From: Octopus sinensis
Taxonomy: Eukaryota
Assembly: GCF_006345805.1 (NCBI RefSeq)
Contig: NC_043013.1
Coordinates: 57,164,001 to 57,228,000 of the forward strand
Length of the DNA stretch: 64,000 nucleotides
Reading direction: 5' to 3'
Position numbers and translations under genes: made by a program. Positions 13,330-28,662 of the stretch are shown piece after piece; within the stretch, counting starts at the first letter, position 1, and the number at the start of each line of letters is the position of its first letter. The notes under the pieces were generated by a model. It was not told the origin of the DNA, did not search any database, and was given only the letters and a program-made list of their open reading frames with translations.

Positions 13330-13525
13330 CACCGTCGCCATGATAGATCGGTAGCCACTACACACTTTTTTTCTCTCCTTGTTTCTTTCTGTGTCCCTTT
13401 CTGTAGAAGAGCATAGGCTCGAAACGTAAAAGACTTTTTCAGTTCCTGAGCATTATACTAATAATCTGTTTGTTTTCTACACTACCTGTCTCCGTCTTTT
13501 GTTTTTTTTTCGTGAATTCTTCCCA
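13330..13525 (+). mobile_element. Penelope-like pseudo-LTR-type repeat carrying a hammerhead-like motif
   Basis: CTGTAGA-A-GAGC ATAG GCTC-GAAA-CGTA at 13401-13428, embedded between microsatellites. Confidence 0.45.
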
Positions 13526-13536
13526 TATATATATAT

Positions 13537-13569
<33 letters not shown>

Positions 13570-13933
13570 GAACGTATGTATATGTTTATATATATGTATG
13601 TATAGATTGATAGATAGTGAATTCATAGTTGATATAACTACACGTAAATATTCACTAGCAAAAGCACATACATAAAAATAAAGATGAAAAGATCAACTGA
13701 CAGATAGATAGCTGGATAAGATAGAGAGAAATTGGTAGACCGATGGATAAATAGTTTGAGTTGAGAGCTTTTTGTTACAGTGAATCAAAGTCGTGTCCCT
13801 CTTTCATCTTGCCCTAATGATAATATGGCAATCCGAAATTGTTTATAATTTCTGGAGATCAAATTTGAACGCTTTTGTGAGTTACAACTTGATTGCCAGA
13901 AGCGGAGAACTATGTTGAATTCATGAAAATAGT

Positions 13934-14070
13934 TTGCGCGTGTGTGTGTATGTGCGTGTGTGCGTGTATGTGAGTGTTTGCGTATATGTGCGTGTGTGCG
14001 TTTATGTGAGTGTTTGCGTGTATGTGCGTGTGTGCGTGTATGTGCGTGTATGTGCGTGTATGCGTATATA
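13934..14070. repeat. Higher-order TG-derived repeat with ~18-bp period (GTGTATGTGCGTGTGTGC)
   Basis: Gives [12 protein letters not shown] periodicity in the ORF track. Confidence 0.75.
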
Positions 14071-14809
14071 TTACACACATATTTGTACTAATGTATCTTG
14101 GGAGGGTCATTATGTCAATAATAAATACAAGCACTTCTATTAGACTTTTCATTATCATTAGTCAATTTGCCATTTAACCAATTGACTTATCAATAGCTGA
14201 TCGACTAATTTAGCGAGTGATTGATCAGACAATCGATTAGCTAGTTGGTTAAAATATTACCTACTTGACTAGCCATAATAAAATGAATGAAACAGAACCA
14301 GTGCGTGTAGTTATTTTTGGCAAGATAACCCCCTCTACATACAGCAAAAGCTGCGTCAACATATGTTTTCATGCTAAGCATAAAAAAGCGCGCGCGCACA
14401 CACACACATGATTCGAAAACTCATGTGACTTTCACACAAAGCTCCTCTGACGGACTCGGCTAACAGAGCACACAGTAATTCAATACCGACGAGTATAATG
14501 CAGAGTTCCATATAGCTAAAATACAAGATATCCGATGGATGAAATTATTTTATGAGGAGTTTATAAACCTTAAAAAGTCAGGAGGTTTGAAAGATGGAAA
14601 TATCTAACGCATTGAATCATAGGCGCAACCATGATGTTCTGGAAATTTGAAAGCTTTCTTTATTTGCATTTATTTGTAAATATATGATTGTATTGTAAAA
14701 TGCGTAGCGTGCATATTTACGCAAACATGTCAGCATGATTTATTATGCACTGAAAATATTATTGCATGTAGAAGGTTGTGAAACAGCTGTAATCCTAAGG
14801 ACAACAAAT

Positions 14810-15066
14810 GGCGCCTGGCGTGCTAACGTTTCTTATTTCTTTATTGCCCACAAGGGGCTAAACATAGAGGAGACAAACAAGGACAGACAAAGGGACTAAG
14901 TCGATTACATCTGCCCCAGTGCGTAACTGGTACTTTATTTATCGACCCCAAAAGGATAAAAGGCAAAGTCGACGTCGGCGGAATTTGAACTCAGAACGTA
15001 ACGACAGCCGAAATACCGCTAAGCATTTCGCCCGACGCGCTAACGCTTCTGCCAGCTCGCCGCCTT
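14810..15066 (-). mobile_element. Family A SINE, full length, tail running into a short piece of a second head
   Basis: Full match to 10280-10512, including the GCGTGCTAACGTTTC|TTATTTC junction. Confidence 0.88.
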
Positions 15067-15073
15067 ATGTTTC

Positions 15074-15108
<35 letters not shown>

Positions 15109-17060
15109 CGCGCATGTGCGCGCGTATTTGCTATTAGTAAGGGAAGTAAACTTTGTAACGAATATTAATTTGCATATTCAACCTGACTTGAATATGTTGT
15201 TTTAAACACTTTAAGCAGCAGTAATCGACCTAAAGTGCTAAAAATCCAAATTCTATCAGCAGCCGAATTTCGCCGGCTCCAGCGGATGGTACAGTTGTGT
15301 CACGTGATTTCAGCGTAATTGTTGCCTCATAGGCTTGCGTTGACGAGGCGAAGATCACACCAAAATCATGTGCTGTCCACTGATGGTGCTGAAATTTCGT
15401 CCACCGTTATAACCTGTGCTTCTTAGCACTTTACGCTTGTAAGAACTGAGTCCTTTGGACGAATTTCTACAGCAGCTAATGGCGCTTAAAGCAATACGTC
15501 CGAGTTAAGTTGGATGAGCCAAATAATATCCTTACGTGCGCACAAACAGACACGTATGCATTTATACAAATAAATATAGAATGCGGCGTATCTATGTATG
15601 AAAAGGATGTTGGTGATAAGTGAATTTCTGCAGCATATCAAGTTACGTAATATCAAATGTTGCTTCACAGATCCGGAGAAACAAAGAAAGAAAAAGAAAA
15701 ATGCTAGTAATTTTGGGAGATGATGATTTTGTTGCAAACAGCTGTGAGACTCTCCAGTTTCAATTAACCATGCCAAATACCGTGGAATATGACACGTTTA
15801 TTAGGAACGAATGCTCATAATTATTTCTGGGTAGTAATTAAATAATAGTCTGACCTTATTATTTATTTATATAAACACATAATTCGTTTAGCTTCATCAA
15901 CATTTACTGCAGCTCACTTGTACAATTCTGTTAACAAAATTCACGTTTAACTCGCTTAATACCCGGTACTTCTACGACTACCATTCCCATCTCCTTCTGT
16001 TCTAATACCATCAATAAATGATGTCGGCTATTTTATGAAATTTTCTCAATTATCAGGACACTGAGAATTATGGAAGGCCAAATTTATAGAAATAAGACAA
16101 TCAGTGAAACGGATAATGGTTCAAACACAAACCATCGCAGTTAACCTAGTTTGCACATGGACCAGACTCGACACTTCACTTTTCACGTTCCCAATCAATA
16201 AAATATCAAATAGGTACCATGAGTAAGTTATATTTCTATCGATGGCGCACAAACCTGTTGTATTGTGTTCAATCTTTCCAGTGTTCAAATCCTTTCTTCA
16301 GAAGAATTTAGAATAAGGAAGCATTGGAAAGGTTAGTTAAGAAAAAGGGTAAGTAGTAAGGGAGTTCAGGACATATGCTTCTGTCTTTTCATTCCCACCC
16401 ATCGGTGGGTGGAATATTGAGTTAACAAGACCGTGTGCGAAATATCTTAAAGGTGTGGGCATTTTAATGTAAGTATCTTAAGGCCTGTTCCAGCCTGCTA
16501 TTAAGTAATTTGTATCTCGATGTAAAGATTTGGTACATTTCTTCTATAGCTAACTCACATCTATCTCCCTCTTTTCCATACGGTTTAAGCTATGGTTCCT
16601 ATCTTAAGTGGACCAGATTAGTCTGGTTACGTTCATGCTGTCTGTTTTCGTTCTATCCCTAAATGTCCAGTGGAAACATGTGTAGGTCTTCTAACTATAA
16701 AAGTATGCTGTATGACATTTAGAATAAAAGGAAATCAATGTTGAGGGTGTAACAATCTCCACATTATCTATCTCTTTGTCTGTGTCTGTCTATTAATCTA
16801 TCGATCTATATTAATATATATGTACAACACAGGAAGCTTGTTTGAATTAATTCACTTTGAAAACGAGTAAGTCATGGAATTGTATCGACTAAGATGCATA
16901 ACAGCATACAGAGCAATATGCAGTTACTTGAAACACAAGTTGGTCGGTGTTATATATGATGTAGAAAACTTTGTTTAATATAAAGTTATGGATGTGAATA
17001 AATTTCCACTCTTCTCTTCGTTTTCAGTTGCGTGTGTGTGTATATATATTATATATGTAC

Positions 17061-17143
<83 letters not shown>

Positions 17144-17221
17144 ATTTGTGTGTATGTATGTATATATATATTATGTATATATATATATTATATATATATA
17201 TATTATATATATATATATATA

Positions 17222-17367
17222 AGTAGCTTGCTTACCAACCTCATGGTTCCGGGTTCAATCCCTCTGCGTGGCACCTTGGGCGAATGTCTTCTACTATAAC
17301 GTCGGGCCGACCAAAGCTTTGTTAGTGGATTTGGTAGACGGAAACTGAAGGAAGCCCGTCGTATATA

Positions 17368-17414
<47 letters not shown>

Positions 17415-17626
17415 GCGTGTAAATGTTTGTGTGCCTGTGGTTGTTCCCCCACCATCACTTGACAACCAATAGTGGTGTTTTTACGTCTGCGGTTCGGCAA
17501 AAGAGACCGATAGAATAAGTAGTAGGCTTTCAAACAATAAGTCCTGGGGTCGATTTGCTCGAGTAAAGGCGGTGCTCCAGCATGGGTACAGTAAAATGAC
17601 TGAAACAAGTAAATGAGTAAAAGAGT
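17222..17626 (+). mobile_element. tRNA-derived SINE, family B (CORE-like), with internal microsatellite
   Basis: B-box GGTTCAATCCC, GGCACCTTGGGC core-like segment, internal (TA)n after GAAGCCCGTCG, tail GGCGGTGCTCCAGCATGG..TGACTGAAACAAGTAAA. Resemblance to octopus OR-type SINEs is from memory. Confidence 0.8.
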
Positions 17627-17669
17627 ATGTATAGCAAATGAAAGAGAGAAGATGGAATATACGAGAATT

Positions 17670-17742
<73 letters not shown>

Positions 17743-17781
17743 GTTATACGTTCTTGTCCATGTTGTATTTTTCTACATACC

Positions 17782-17816
<35 letters not shown>

Positions 17817-18745
17817 CTTTCCATCGTTGTTTCTGTCAGTATGTATGCATGCATATCAAGCAAACATAAGAGATACTGAAAAGTTCAGCAAATTATTGTT
17901 TTGTGTTGGGTTTTTCCCCCATAGCCATGGAAAGAGAGAGTAGAAATGCTAACTTCTCGACGTGTCTCGCGTCGAATGATTGAACGACAAGGAGAATTGT
18001 TTTGAGTTTTGCATTTATTGAATGATTGAGTGTTTATTGGTCTACGGCAGTAGATGAAATACAACACGGATAACCGCGAAACTTTATGATGTCACCTGTT
18101 GTATGAAGATATAATTGAAACCACTATATACTGTAATCAAGAAACAAAAAAAACCCAAAAAACTCATTATCATAATTCAAATTCATTTCGATATTATTAA
18201 ATCAGTGTAAATATTTTAAAAAATTGAAAAAAATGTTAAGCGTCAAAAAGATGATTAGAAATATGTGTTCGGTAGGAGAAAAACTAGTAAAACAATATTT
18301 TCCTTCTTGTGAGAGATATTCGGACGTGCTGTGTATATTTTGGAGAGGATGAAAGAAAATATGGTCTCCACTGTATTTTTCTGAACGGAGGTGAAATAGT
18401 CGCCAAGTGAATGTTCAGTATTGTATATTTGTTGGTGTAGGGAAAGTGAATCGGTTTGAGAGACACCAGCTACATAAAAAAAGGATGTTAGTGAAATTAG
18501 TGTCGATGTATTTACTGTAGGAATATAAAAAATGCTAAGTAGAAATAAAAATACGTGATGAGCAAAATATTAAAGAAACATTTTCCAACATAAAAATATA
18601 AAAATATATATATACACCAAGTGAGGTTTAGGTTGATAGTGAAACAACTTACTATGGAAGGCAGTATTGATTATCGTTATCAAAAAATAACAAGATATAC
18701 ACCACACACACACACATATATATATGTATATATATATATGTATAT

Positions 18746-18776
<31 letters not shown>

Positions 18777-19249
18777 GTATGTATACATACATATATGCAT
18801 GTGTATAAGTGTATCTACGTCTCTTATAAATTTGCTACAGTGCTGCAAATATTCAACATCAATTACATTTAAGTAAGTTCTGCAATAATATTTGAATACC
18901 ATGGCTGTTTTAACAGAGTGTTTCTACCTCGCTTTAATGGCCGTTTTATTCTAAGAAGATAATTAACATTGTGTTCAATATTATACAATTTTTAGAATTC
19001 CTAGATAATCAAATATGTCAGGTGTCCTATGATAATAATCGGTAAGCCAGAATATTTTTTTTATTCTATAATCAAACGAGAAAAAATATTTTAACTGCAT
19101 CAATACACCGCATTATCATATTATACACTAACACGCTACATACCAGTCAGAATGTGAGGGAGATACAATTAAAGACTTCTAAATTGAATAAGTTAATGGG
19201 CTATACATGCACACACGCCTACACACACATCTCGATGTATGTGTATCTG

Positions 19250-19331
<82 letters not shown>

Positions 19332-19840
19332 TGTGTGTGTTTATAAGACTTAAGTGCTGTACGGTTAAGCGAATGGTCAAGAAACTCTTCGACACCGAGT
19401 GACATCATGGATAATTGTAAAAAACCTCGGGTAGACGTTACTTTCTGAATGAAATCAGGTAGACAGAAACTATACGGAATCCCCTCGATTGGATGGGATG
19501 CGTAACTCCGAAGTACATACATAGTGTCTTCCTTGTTTTACCTAACAATTGCTGAAAGCTTTGAGTATCTGTGGAAAGATCACTCACATTTTAACTCAAT
19601 GACCAGCAAATTCAAAAACGAAGTAGATTCAAGCGATAATAAAGAATTATCTAAAATTCTGACTGCCTCCTATTTCTTAATATTTGATATCTGTACAATT
19701 CAAACAATCAACACACGCTTACACACATAAGCATGCATATTTGTATTATGCACGTATGTATGTGTGTAATGTATATATATATATATATGTGTGTGTGTGT
19801 ATATATATTTACAAACACACATATATATATATACATGTGT

Positions 19841-19873
<33 letters not shown>

Positions 19874-19890
19874 GTGTGTATATATATATA

Positions 19891-19931
<41 letters not shown>

Positions 19932-22321
19932 CTCCGTGAACAAGTTTGTAGGACACAGGTATATTTATGTGATTAAATGATTATTTTCAGAACCATGTGG
20001 ATTGGGATTTGATCTCACCGCGGGGCATTTACACAAAATAATTTTAACATTGCTTTTGGTGGTTTTTAGTTTTGCATATTTTATATCCTTTTAAAGTTTG
20101 CTCAAACTTTGGCTTGTCCTTCGCTCTTTAAGTGTTTTTGATGAAATATGCACCTAATAAACTCGCTCAATATGGCCTCAGTCTAAAGACAAAACTTTTG
20201 CAGGAGATTATAAAAACGTCGTTTAAAAGGTATTGGTTCATTGGAAAAGAAAAATATATCCTAATTTAAACAGTTGTGAGAAAAAAAAGTCGCTTACCAT
20301 GACTTCAAAATTAATTACTATGATGTAAGATTCTCACTAGAAAATTATCAAAGATCTTCATGATTTTCGGTAGACATCGCGATGGGTAGGAGGACAGCTC
20401 CTGTAAAATATCTTTAAACATAATTTACCTATTGAAGAGTCTCAGATATCTTCTGGATATTAGTGAGTTTTACGTACAAAATGCGTGTTATGAAGAAATC
20501 AAGATAGAAATATTAAGGAAACACAACAGAGATTAAATTATAGGAGAGAACTCCAATCACAAAATTTTGGTATTTTCAGTCTGCATGTTTAAGAGGTGTT
20601 TCTAATAAACTTGTTTTAGTGATGAGGTTCAGAAATCAACTCGTAGAGAGGAAGGCGATTAAAATCTTTACAGAAAGATCATTATCCAAATCCTCAAGAA
20701 TATTTGCTAAAGCATATTGTTCCAGATCGAGTCTGTGTTTTTGTACTGATTTTTCCTTTCGATTTGTAGTCTAGAAGGAAAAAAAGTAATTTCGAAATGT
20801 TGTCACTAGAACAAGTTCATTCTGCGAACAAGTCGATTCTACCAACAGAGAGAATGGAGTCATATGTGAAATTTCTTGAAATTTCTTTGACTTGTGGGCT
20901 TCATTCGTATATAAGTATTCTAAAATCGTTTTCCTAAGCCACATTTTCTGCCAACTAGTTAATTTCCCCACTAGTTAAGTGTTGTTCAAAGATACTTGAT
21001 ATAAGATTAAAATTACTAGTATTAATAACTAGTAATAACAAGATTTACTTTCTTACATAATTAGAAAAAAAAGAGGTCGTATTTGTTAGTTAATTTTTGA
21101 ACAACTTCTTACTTTTATTTAGTCTACGAACCAATCAGATATTTCCCTCCGTGTTATCAGAATGTTTGTGTGCGTTTGCGTTTGTCTCCATCTCTGTTTT
21201 TCTTTTCCTCTCTTATTCTTTTCTTCATATTTTCTGTTACTTGTCTTCCTTCTCTTCGTCATTCTCTACATGCATGTACTTCTCTCTTGTCTCTTTTTCA
21301 ATAGATTCAGCTCTGTCATTTACGTAATTCTTTCAGTTACATTTTCTTATTCTATTTCACACATTTCCTAACAAAAATACACCCTTTTCTCCTTAAGGCT
21401 AAAGTCACTATATGTATAAATTGTTGTTGTAGATCTTCAAACACCCTTTCTCTTACCATCTTTTCTTTCACTATATTCTCTCTGCTATTTCTCTTTATAT
21501 CTCTATTTTTTCTTTCTTGTCTGTTTTTCTTTTCGTGTCCCTCTTCTTCATCTCTCTGTCTTCGTCCATATTTTCCCACTTGTCTCACTCTTTGTTAGAC
21601 TGCGCCTTATATTTCTAGTCTTATCTCTAATTCCTTTTGTTAGCCATTAAATAGATTTAATGCTACATTCTACATTTTAGAATCTCTGCAGTTATAAGTC
21701 ACATTTGTTTCCAAAATATATAACCGCTACATTAGACTGTAATTCATTACAAATATATCAGTCATAGCGAACAATGTTGACGAGAAACTCAGAGTAAAAT
21801 CGGTGCAGAATCTCCTACTTATTTTTATAATTATACTTACATATTTACATACATATATAAACACAAGAACTTTCATCTGCACACACACATAGACATATAT
21901 GTGTGTGTGCTTGTACATACGTATGTGTTATAAACACGTACATGCATATATGTGTGTGCTCTAAATATATACATACACAACACACAGCTCCACCTAAACA
22001 CACAATCATTTATTTGCTTCCATTGTTTTGTTATGTTTTTATTGTAGCCGAGGTAATTGGCTTTTTGTGCTGGCCATAAGCTAAGCATTTACTGCGATAG
22101 TCTCCATTTATCTGTTAACAACATAGATGTTGGTTGTGTATGGTGGAAAGATTCGAGTCAGATAACAAGCAAGAGAGGTGGGGAATAACAACGAAAAACA
22201 ACGGAAATATACATACAAAATATTTATAAAAAAATGTGTTCAGAGAGATTAAATAATTTCATATATTACTAATAGATTTACTACAGACAAAACTAATAAA
22301 TTCAAAGCTTACTTTGTGCGA

Positions 22322-22374
<53 letters not shown>

Positions 22375-23724
22375 TGTGTGTGTTTGCGGAGGTGTGTGGT
22401 GGTTGGTTTGGCCGTATTTTAAATTGGTTGTCTGGTGTCGGATTAGAGTTAACTCCCCATAATATCTCGTGATCTGTGACTAGAATGGGGAATATACTTA
22501 GCTATTGAAATAAAGCGATGACTTTGATGCTACTGATATTGTGACCTTCACCCAACACCATCAGCTGCAACTGAGACGTAGACTATCAATAAACATTTTA
22601 ATTGCAGGCAAATACTAGACACAAGTTCACTGTAACTGGCAAGTCTTCAATGGAGTCTCACAGAGATCGCTTTACAACGCACATGCGCGCGTTGCATACA
22701 TACACATACGAACACAATTTAATGGCGATAGGAGAATTAACCAGGACTGCCTTGTGCAAGAAATAAATATATTTAAGTGGTGTTTAGCATCACTAATAAT
22801 AGATCACACACCCTTAACACAAATATTTAGGTCTGCACAAAAAGTCAAGGGAGAAAACTCTGAAAGGAAATGACAAATAACTGAATGTCGGAATGTAGGT
22901 GTTCCTGCAGCCATATGATCAGTGACACTCCAGCAGTGACCACCTTCACATACCTCTAAAATGCAATACACCAAATCATTTCACAGATGGAATACTCTTG
23001 CTCATTGGTTTATTGGATCAGACCTGGGGTTAAACAATAGCATTGAGAACAACGAATGGTATCCAGAAATAAACTGGTTGGTACAGAATGTGGAATGTGG
23101 CTTGAGAGTCAGTTTGTGTGTCATGTCATCGTATACTGCATTACAAGGAGGGGAGTGGATGTGGGCAGTGTCTAGAATAAGAATTCTCTTGGTTGTTTTT
23201 AAATATTTAATCTTGAGCGGCTTGGAAACCGCTTGCATGTGTAAGTATGACACCAGGAGAGAATGCGTACCGTTTCTGAGCTTCCCTTTCATTGATGTGA
23301 CACTCCCCCTACTGGTTCGACTAACAAGTGTTTCGCCTCAAGTCCAACTCTCCAACTAGATATCATCTCTTTCCAGCCATATCTCTTTCAAGATGACATT
23401 TGTTAGCCGATGGTTCACATCACTTGTTATCTATCACCGATCAAGAATAATGTGACGATACACATCTACTACTACTGCTACTATTACTACTGCTACTACT
23501 GCTGGTGTTGCTGCTGCTTGCACTGCCACTACTACTAGACTACGACGGAGACGATGACAACAACGGGTCTTGCTCGGGTGGAGCCTCGGATTAGGACGCT
23601 CACATACGTGGAATTTTTTTCCCTTTTGACAGCGACTTTTCCGATTTTGTTTTTATTTCATCACGCCCTTTGAAATTAAAAGGAGCATCTTTTCATGAAA
23701 AGATTTTTTAATTTCTGTTTTTTA

Positions 23725-23800
23725 ATGGCGGTGCCCCAGCATGGTCACAGCTTGTGAGCTGAAACTAAATAAAATAAAATAAATAAAATAACATAAAATA
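23725..23800 (+). mobile_element. Family B SINE tail fragment
   Basis: ATGGCGGTGCCCCAGCATGGTCACAGC..TGAAACTAAATAAAATAAAA. Confidence 0.55.
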
Positions 23801-24262
23801 AAATTCATGAAATTGCTTTCAACTTCCCCATCATCACCCTCCTCCAGATCGATTTTAGCCAATTACTTTGGCACTACGCCTTTAAAAACCATGGGATGAG
23901 CCTTTTTGGTAAAGAAAAAATATGTAGTCATTTTCAGACAAAAAGTGTTGTGAGTTAAGAGAGACATGGTTGTTGTTTTTAGCACATCCCACGACCACTC
24001 TGACATGTATTGATGTTTTTCAAAATTTGTCTCCCTATAAACACATTTATGCTAATAAAAAAAAATGAGGTGGCGGTAAATATTATAAATTTATGATAAT
24101 TGCCTCCTCCGCATTGTTTCTGTCTATAATTATTTCTGAGGAGGTCATTACTAAAATTTATCCACAGTGATTTAAAAAAGAAGTATGTAAAAGATCATTT
24201 ATTTTAATAGCATGTTTTTCTGTTAGTAAATGTCTTTTCTTACAATCACCAACACACACACA

Positions 24263-24298
<36 letters not shown>

Positions 24299-25228
24299 CG
24301 TTTTGTTCGCTGGAGGTAAAATTTAGAGTACAATGATTATTGTTTTGTTATTTGTTGCTTAAATCCCAGCAATGGACACGTGTTACTTCCACATCACTGT
24401 TCCTTCAAATGTATTAATGAGAAGAAAAATATTGGAAAACTTATCACCTGAAAGAGGAGACGATTTAGCCGACCACAGCGGGAGAATATGAACTCAAAGC
24501 GCAAAGAGCCTGTACGAATATCACGTCTGTTGCTCTGACAACTGTCTCTGTTTGATGTCTCGAATCGTATCAGCAGCGACATAACAAGACGAACAATAGA
24601 TATTATTTTGCATTATAACCCATTCCATTTCTCTTTAAACAATGCTTGTGCCTCAATAGAATTACACGACTTATACAGAAATAGTAGTCAAATCCTACAA
24701 TCTTTCAAAAGTAAACGGACATACAAGAATCATGTAATCCAAGATACACTACATTAAAATGAGATAGTCATGGATGGCACGTCTATGATCAGATACATCA
24801 GGGTCCATCTGATGCTCTGCAACAACAATGCTTGTTACATTTCTACATCGGTCCGTTGTGTCTCATACTGCACAATGCATTACGACTACATCGCACTCTA
24901 CTGCACTCTGCTGCATAATACTTGAAATAAAAACAACAAAATATAAAAGTTAGTCTGTCACTTCAGATTATTGTACTCACATCTATTCCAGAGAACCATT
25001 TATAACAGCAACAACAACAACAACAGCAGCAGCAGCACAAACAACAAAAATAACAAGAGCACTCGTGATGAAATTCAATTTGAATATTCGATCACAGCCA
25101 GAGAATAAAGATCTGTATCATGTCCACTTGGAGATCGTAACATTTCTTTTAAATACGCACACATGTACACATGCAAGTATATACACACACGTGCACATTC
25201 TCTGTATACGCATATAAATACATATATT

Positions 25229-25239
<11 letters not shown>

Positions 25240-25278
<39 letters not shown>

Positions 25279-25372
25279 GATAGATAGATAGATAGATAGA
25301 TAGGTACATACATACATACATACATACATACATACATACATACATACATACTACATACATACATACATACAT
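25240..25372. repeat. Compound (TA)n/(TAGA)n/(TACA)n
   Basis: Direct reading. Confidence 0.9.
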
Positions 25373-28300
25373 GTGTCAACATTTATGTACCTATGCCTTC
25401 ATACAGATATAGATATCTGTATATTCACGTATTCAGCATATTCATCATATTCATACACACACACACACACACACGCACAAGCGTGCATACACAGTTACAT
25501 ATATATATATACATATTCATAAATTCAAAGATTACAGGAACGGTCATGTGGTTAAGAAGTTCATGTTGCATCTGAAATGAATAAATTAATAAAAGAATAA
25601 GAAAACATATGCACATCCATATATATACATTCGCACACGTATAATGTATATATATTTGCTTATATGCAGACACACTCACGCATGCATATATATATAAATA
25701 TATATGAATAGAACAAGCACTTCGACAAACTTCAAACTAGTTTTGCCAGACTAATAGCTTTCGCTGTCATACTTTGAGTTCCATTTCAGACAACATTTAA
25801 CAACTGTGCATCGGTTATAATGGCCGATATACACCACACTTTGCTTGCTCCATCTTTTATCTAATATATACATACATAGATACAAACATGTATCTACTAC
25901 AGAGCAGCAAGAAAATTCATTCCATAAACCGAGTGCTCAAAAATGATTTGAATAACTGCAGGACGGTTGTGAACGCCTGGAGAATCGTTTGCTTTGTTTT
26001 GTGACCTCCCATGGGAAATCAGAAGTACTAGATTTGTAAGCTTCAGCTAAGAAGGGGAAGAGAAACGGTCTGCATACCGCAAAAAAGAAAACAAGATTAT
26101 GCATGATTTTCCCCCGTAAACTTGAAGACGACGATAAGTATTCGTTTGATGAGAAGTCTCTCTTTGGCGTAAACCAATATATCACATCGCATCTCGAAAG
26201 TTACGCTTTTGCAATCTAAAAGCAGAAGATAAGCAACGAGATACTGATGTCCTTCAAATGAAAAGAGTTTCATCTGCAAATGCCAAGTATGTCCTTCTTC
26301 TTGTGTGGTGGGCATAAACGCATGCAATCGGTTGTTGTACAAAAATGCAATCAAGGTACTCCCTCTTGCTACAACAAGATGTTCTTGCTAAGACAAAAGA
26401 CAATTACGTCTGTAGAAAAGAAATGTCTTAAGATAATAATAAAATACCTCTGCTATTAAATACATAAATATCAGAGCAAATATACAATCGTGGAAGATTC
26501 TTGACAACGTTTTTATAAACTGTGAACAAAACAATCGAGAAATAGTTTAGAAACCGAAAAGAAAAATCATAATGAGTTAACTGACGTGTAGTTGTGAGCA
26601 TATTGACCAAACTCAGTGAGAAGGAAAATATTTACGAACAACTGTTTCGAAATACGCCGCTCGTCGAAACTGATTGTCATTTCAGGTTTATACCAACAAT
26701 TAATGATGTATGTCACGCTATTAGCAAATGTAATAGTGTTAATAGGGAGAAAAAAAACTAGGAAGTGACCAGTTAACCCACAATCTACTCCAATATGTAA
26801 ACAGAACAGTAAAACCATACGACATATCTAATATTTAACTGGTAACTATTAGTGATATTATTCAACGATGACATTTTCTTGCTTTATAACAAACGTGGTC
26901 CTTTTTTCAAGGAAGTCTTCTAATAAATGAAAGAAAGATGAAGACATAAATATATGAATTCATGCATACATATACACATACACATTCAATTATTTCAGTC
27001 CTTCCACTGTGATGATACTAAGGTCTGCCTCGGTGGTCTTAGCTAGAATAGGGACACATATGTGTGCGTAAATACTAGACTGAGGAAGCAATTTACGTAA
27101 CATACTGGTAAATTCTTTCTAGACTAATGCGATGATAAACTGGAGGACGTGGAAGTCAACTTCATGTGTGTGTGCGTGTGTGTGTGCAATTGAGGTAGTA
27201 CTCGATTATTGCAAAGGCCTATAAAGGTCAAAAATATACGTGGCGTTGTCGTTGGCCACTGCTAGGTCGAATGTTCGTCTCTCTAAGGTGTTTATTGTGT
27301 TTTTAACACTGCTCGTGTTATCTCAGGACAAATACCCCAGGAACTGGCTTATCGACAGTGTAATATACATTACGTATGACATACAGAGTGTTTGAACCCT
27401 TACTACTGCCAACACTACCGTCATCGTCATCTCAACACGCGCATCATTCCTACCAGCTTTTCAAATATCAAATCTACAGTGAAGTCATTTTATCAAGGTT
27501 TGTAAATATTTCATATTCGAAATTCAACCAATTGAATTCAGATTTTATTCTTTCTTTCATTTTACATTTTTTTAATTCCGAGTTCTGAATGCTGTACAAA
27601 ATTTTTGAATGTTTTTGAATTCCCAAGAATGCATTTTCAAAGGTAAAACTTGGTTCTACTGTTTTGACGTGTTGTGATAGGTTATGATTCTGTAACGTCT
27701 CATGTGGTGTCATGTGAAGACATGATGTAATGAGTTGTATTTCTAGATGCAACATCATGTGACATGATAGAACATCACCCGATCACAAAGCATCTCTCTC
27801 CGACACTTCGAATTTGTTTATATATACATACATATGTATGTATCTCTCTATATATAAATACACACATACACCCACACTCATACACACACGTGTATACACG
27901 TCAAATAATGTAGTCTTGATGGCGATGAGGATAATGGAGATTAAGACACAAATTTAGTGATGACGAAAACGACGAACAATGATGATGATGATGATGGTGA
28001 TACCTATTGTGATTGCTGTTCCTAATTAAATCAGTATTGGCAACAACCTCAATTATAGTCATTATTATTTATTATAGCAAGAATAATTACGAAAGCAACT
28101 CCGTGCAATAATGAAATTATCAATCAACAGGTAAATTCTAAACAGGAAATCATCATAACATACTTAATAATTTCAATATATAAGACCAGATGGGTTTCTT
28201 ATCATCATCATCATTATTGTTATGATTGTGTGAGAGAACAGCGCATGCCAACAGAGTGGCACTGGGATACAAATATACGAATGCCTATATACTCACCATG

Positions 28301-28508
28301 CCTACCCGTCTCATGAGGGTACACCAGGCGCATGCATCACAACCATATGTGTGCACCATGGTGATCTCATATCAAGATAGACAGCGCTTGACCGGTGAGG
28401 CTCAGTTAGAATTTTCTTCAGATCGATTAGCAAAAGGACATGCTCAACTGGTTATGGTCGAGCAACTGACCAGCAAGTCTGTGGTACTGAGTATATTTGC
28501 TGTAGCCT

Positions 28509-28603
28509 TACTATTATTATTATTATTATTATTGTTATTATTATTATTATTATTACTATTCTTCTTCTTATTATTATTACTATTATTATCATCATCATCA
28601 TCA

Positions 28604-28662
<59 letters not shown>
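28509..28662. repeat. (TTA)n microsatellite, tail/target of fragment E
   Basis: Direct reading. Confidence 0.95.

Noticed and set aside
20298-20400. Minus-strand segment with good acceptor and donor
   Set aside because: All three frames contain stops, so there is no coding support. A non-coding exon cannot be judged.
22860-23400. Possible CR1/Jockey-type LINE 3' relic
   Set aside because: Only vague similarity and no diagnostic motif.
25962-26035. Possible exon DGCERLENRLLCFVTSHGKSEVLD
   Set aside because: Poor polypyrimidine tract and no recognisable homology.
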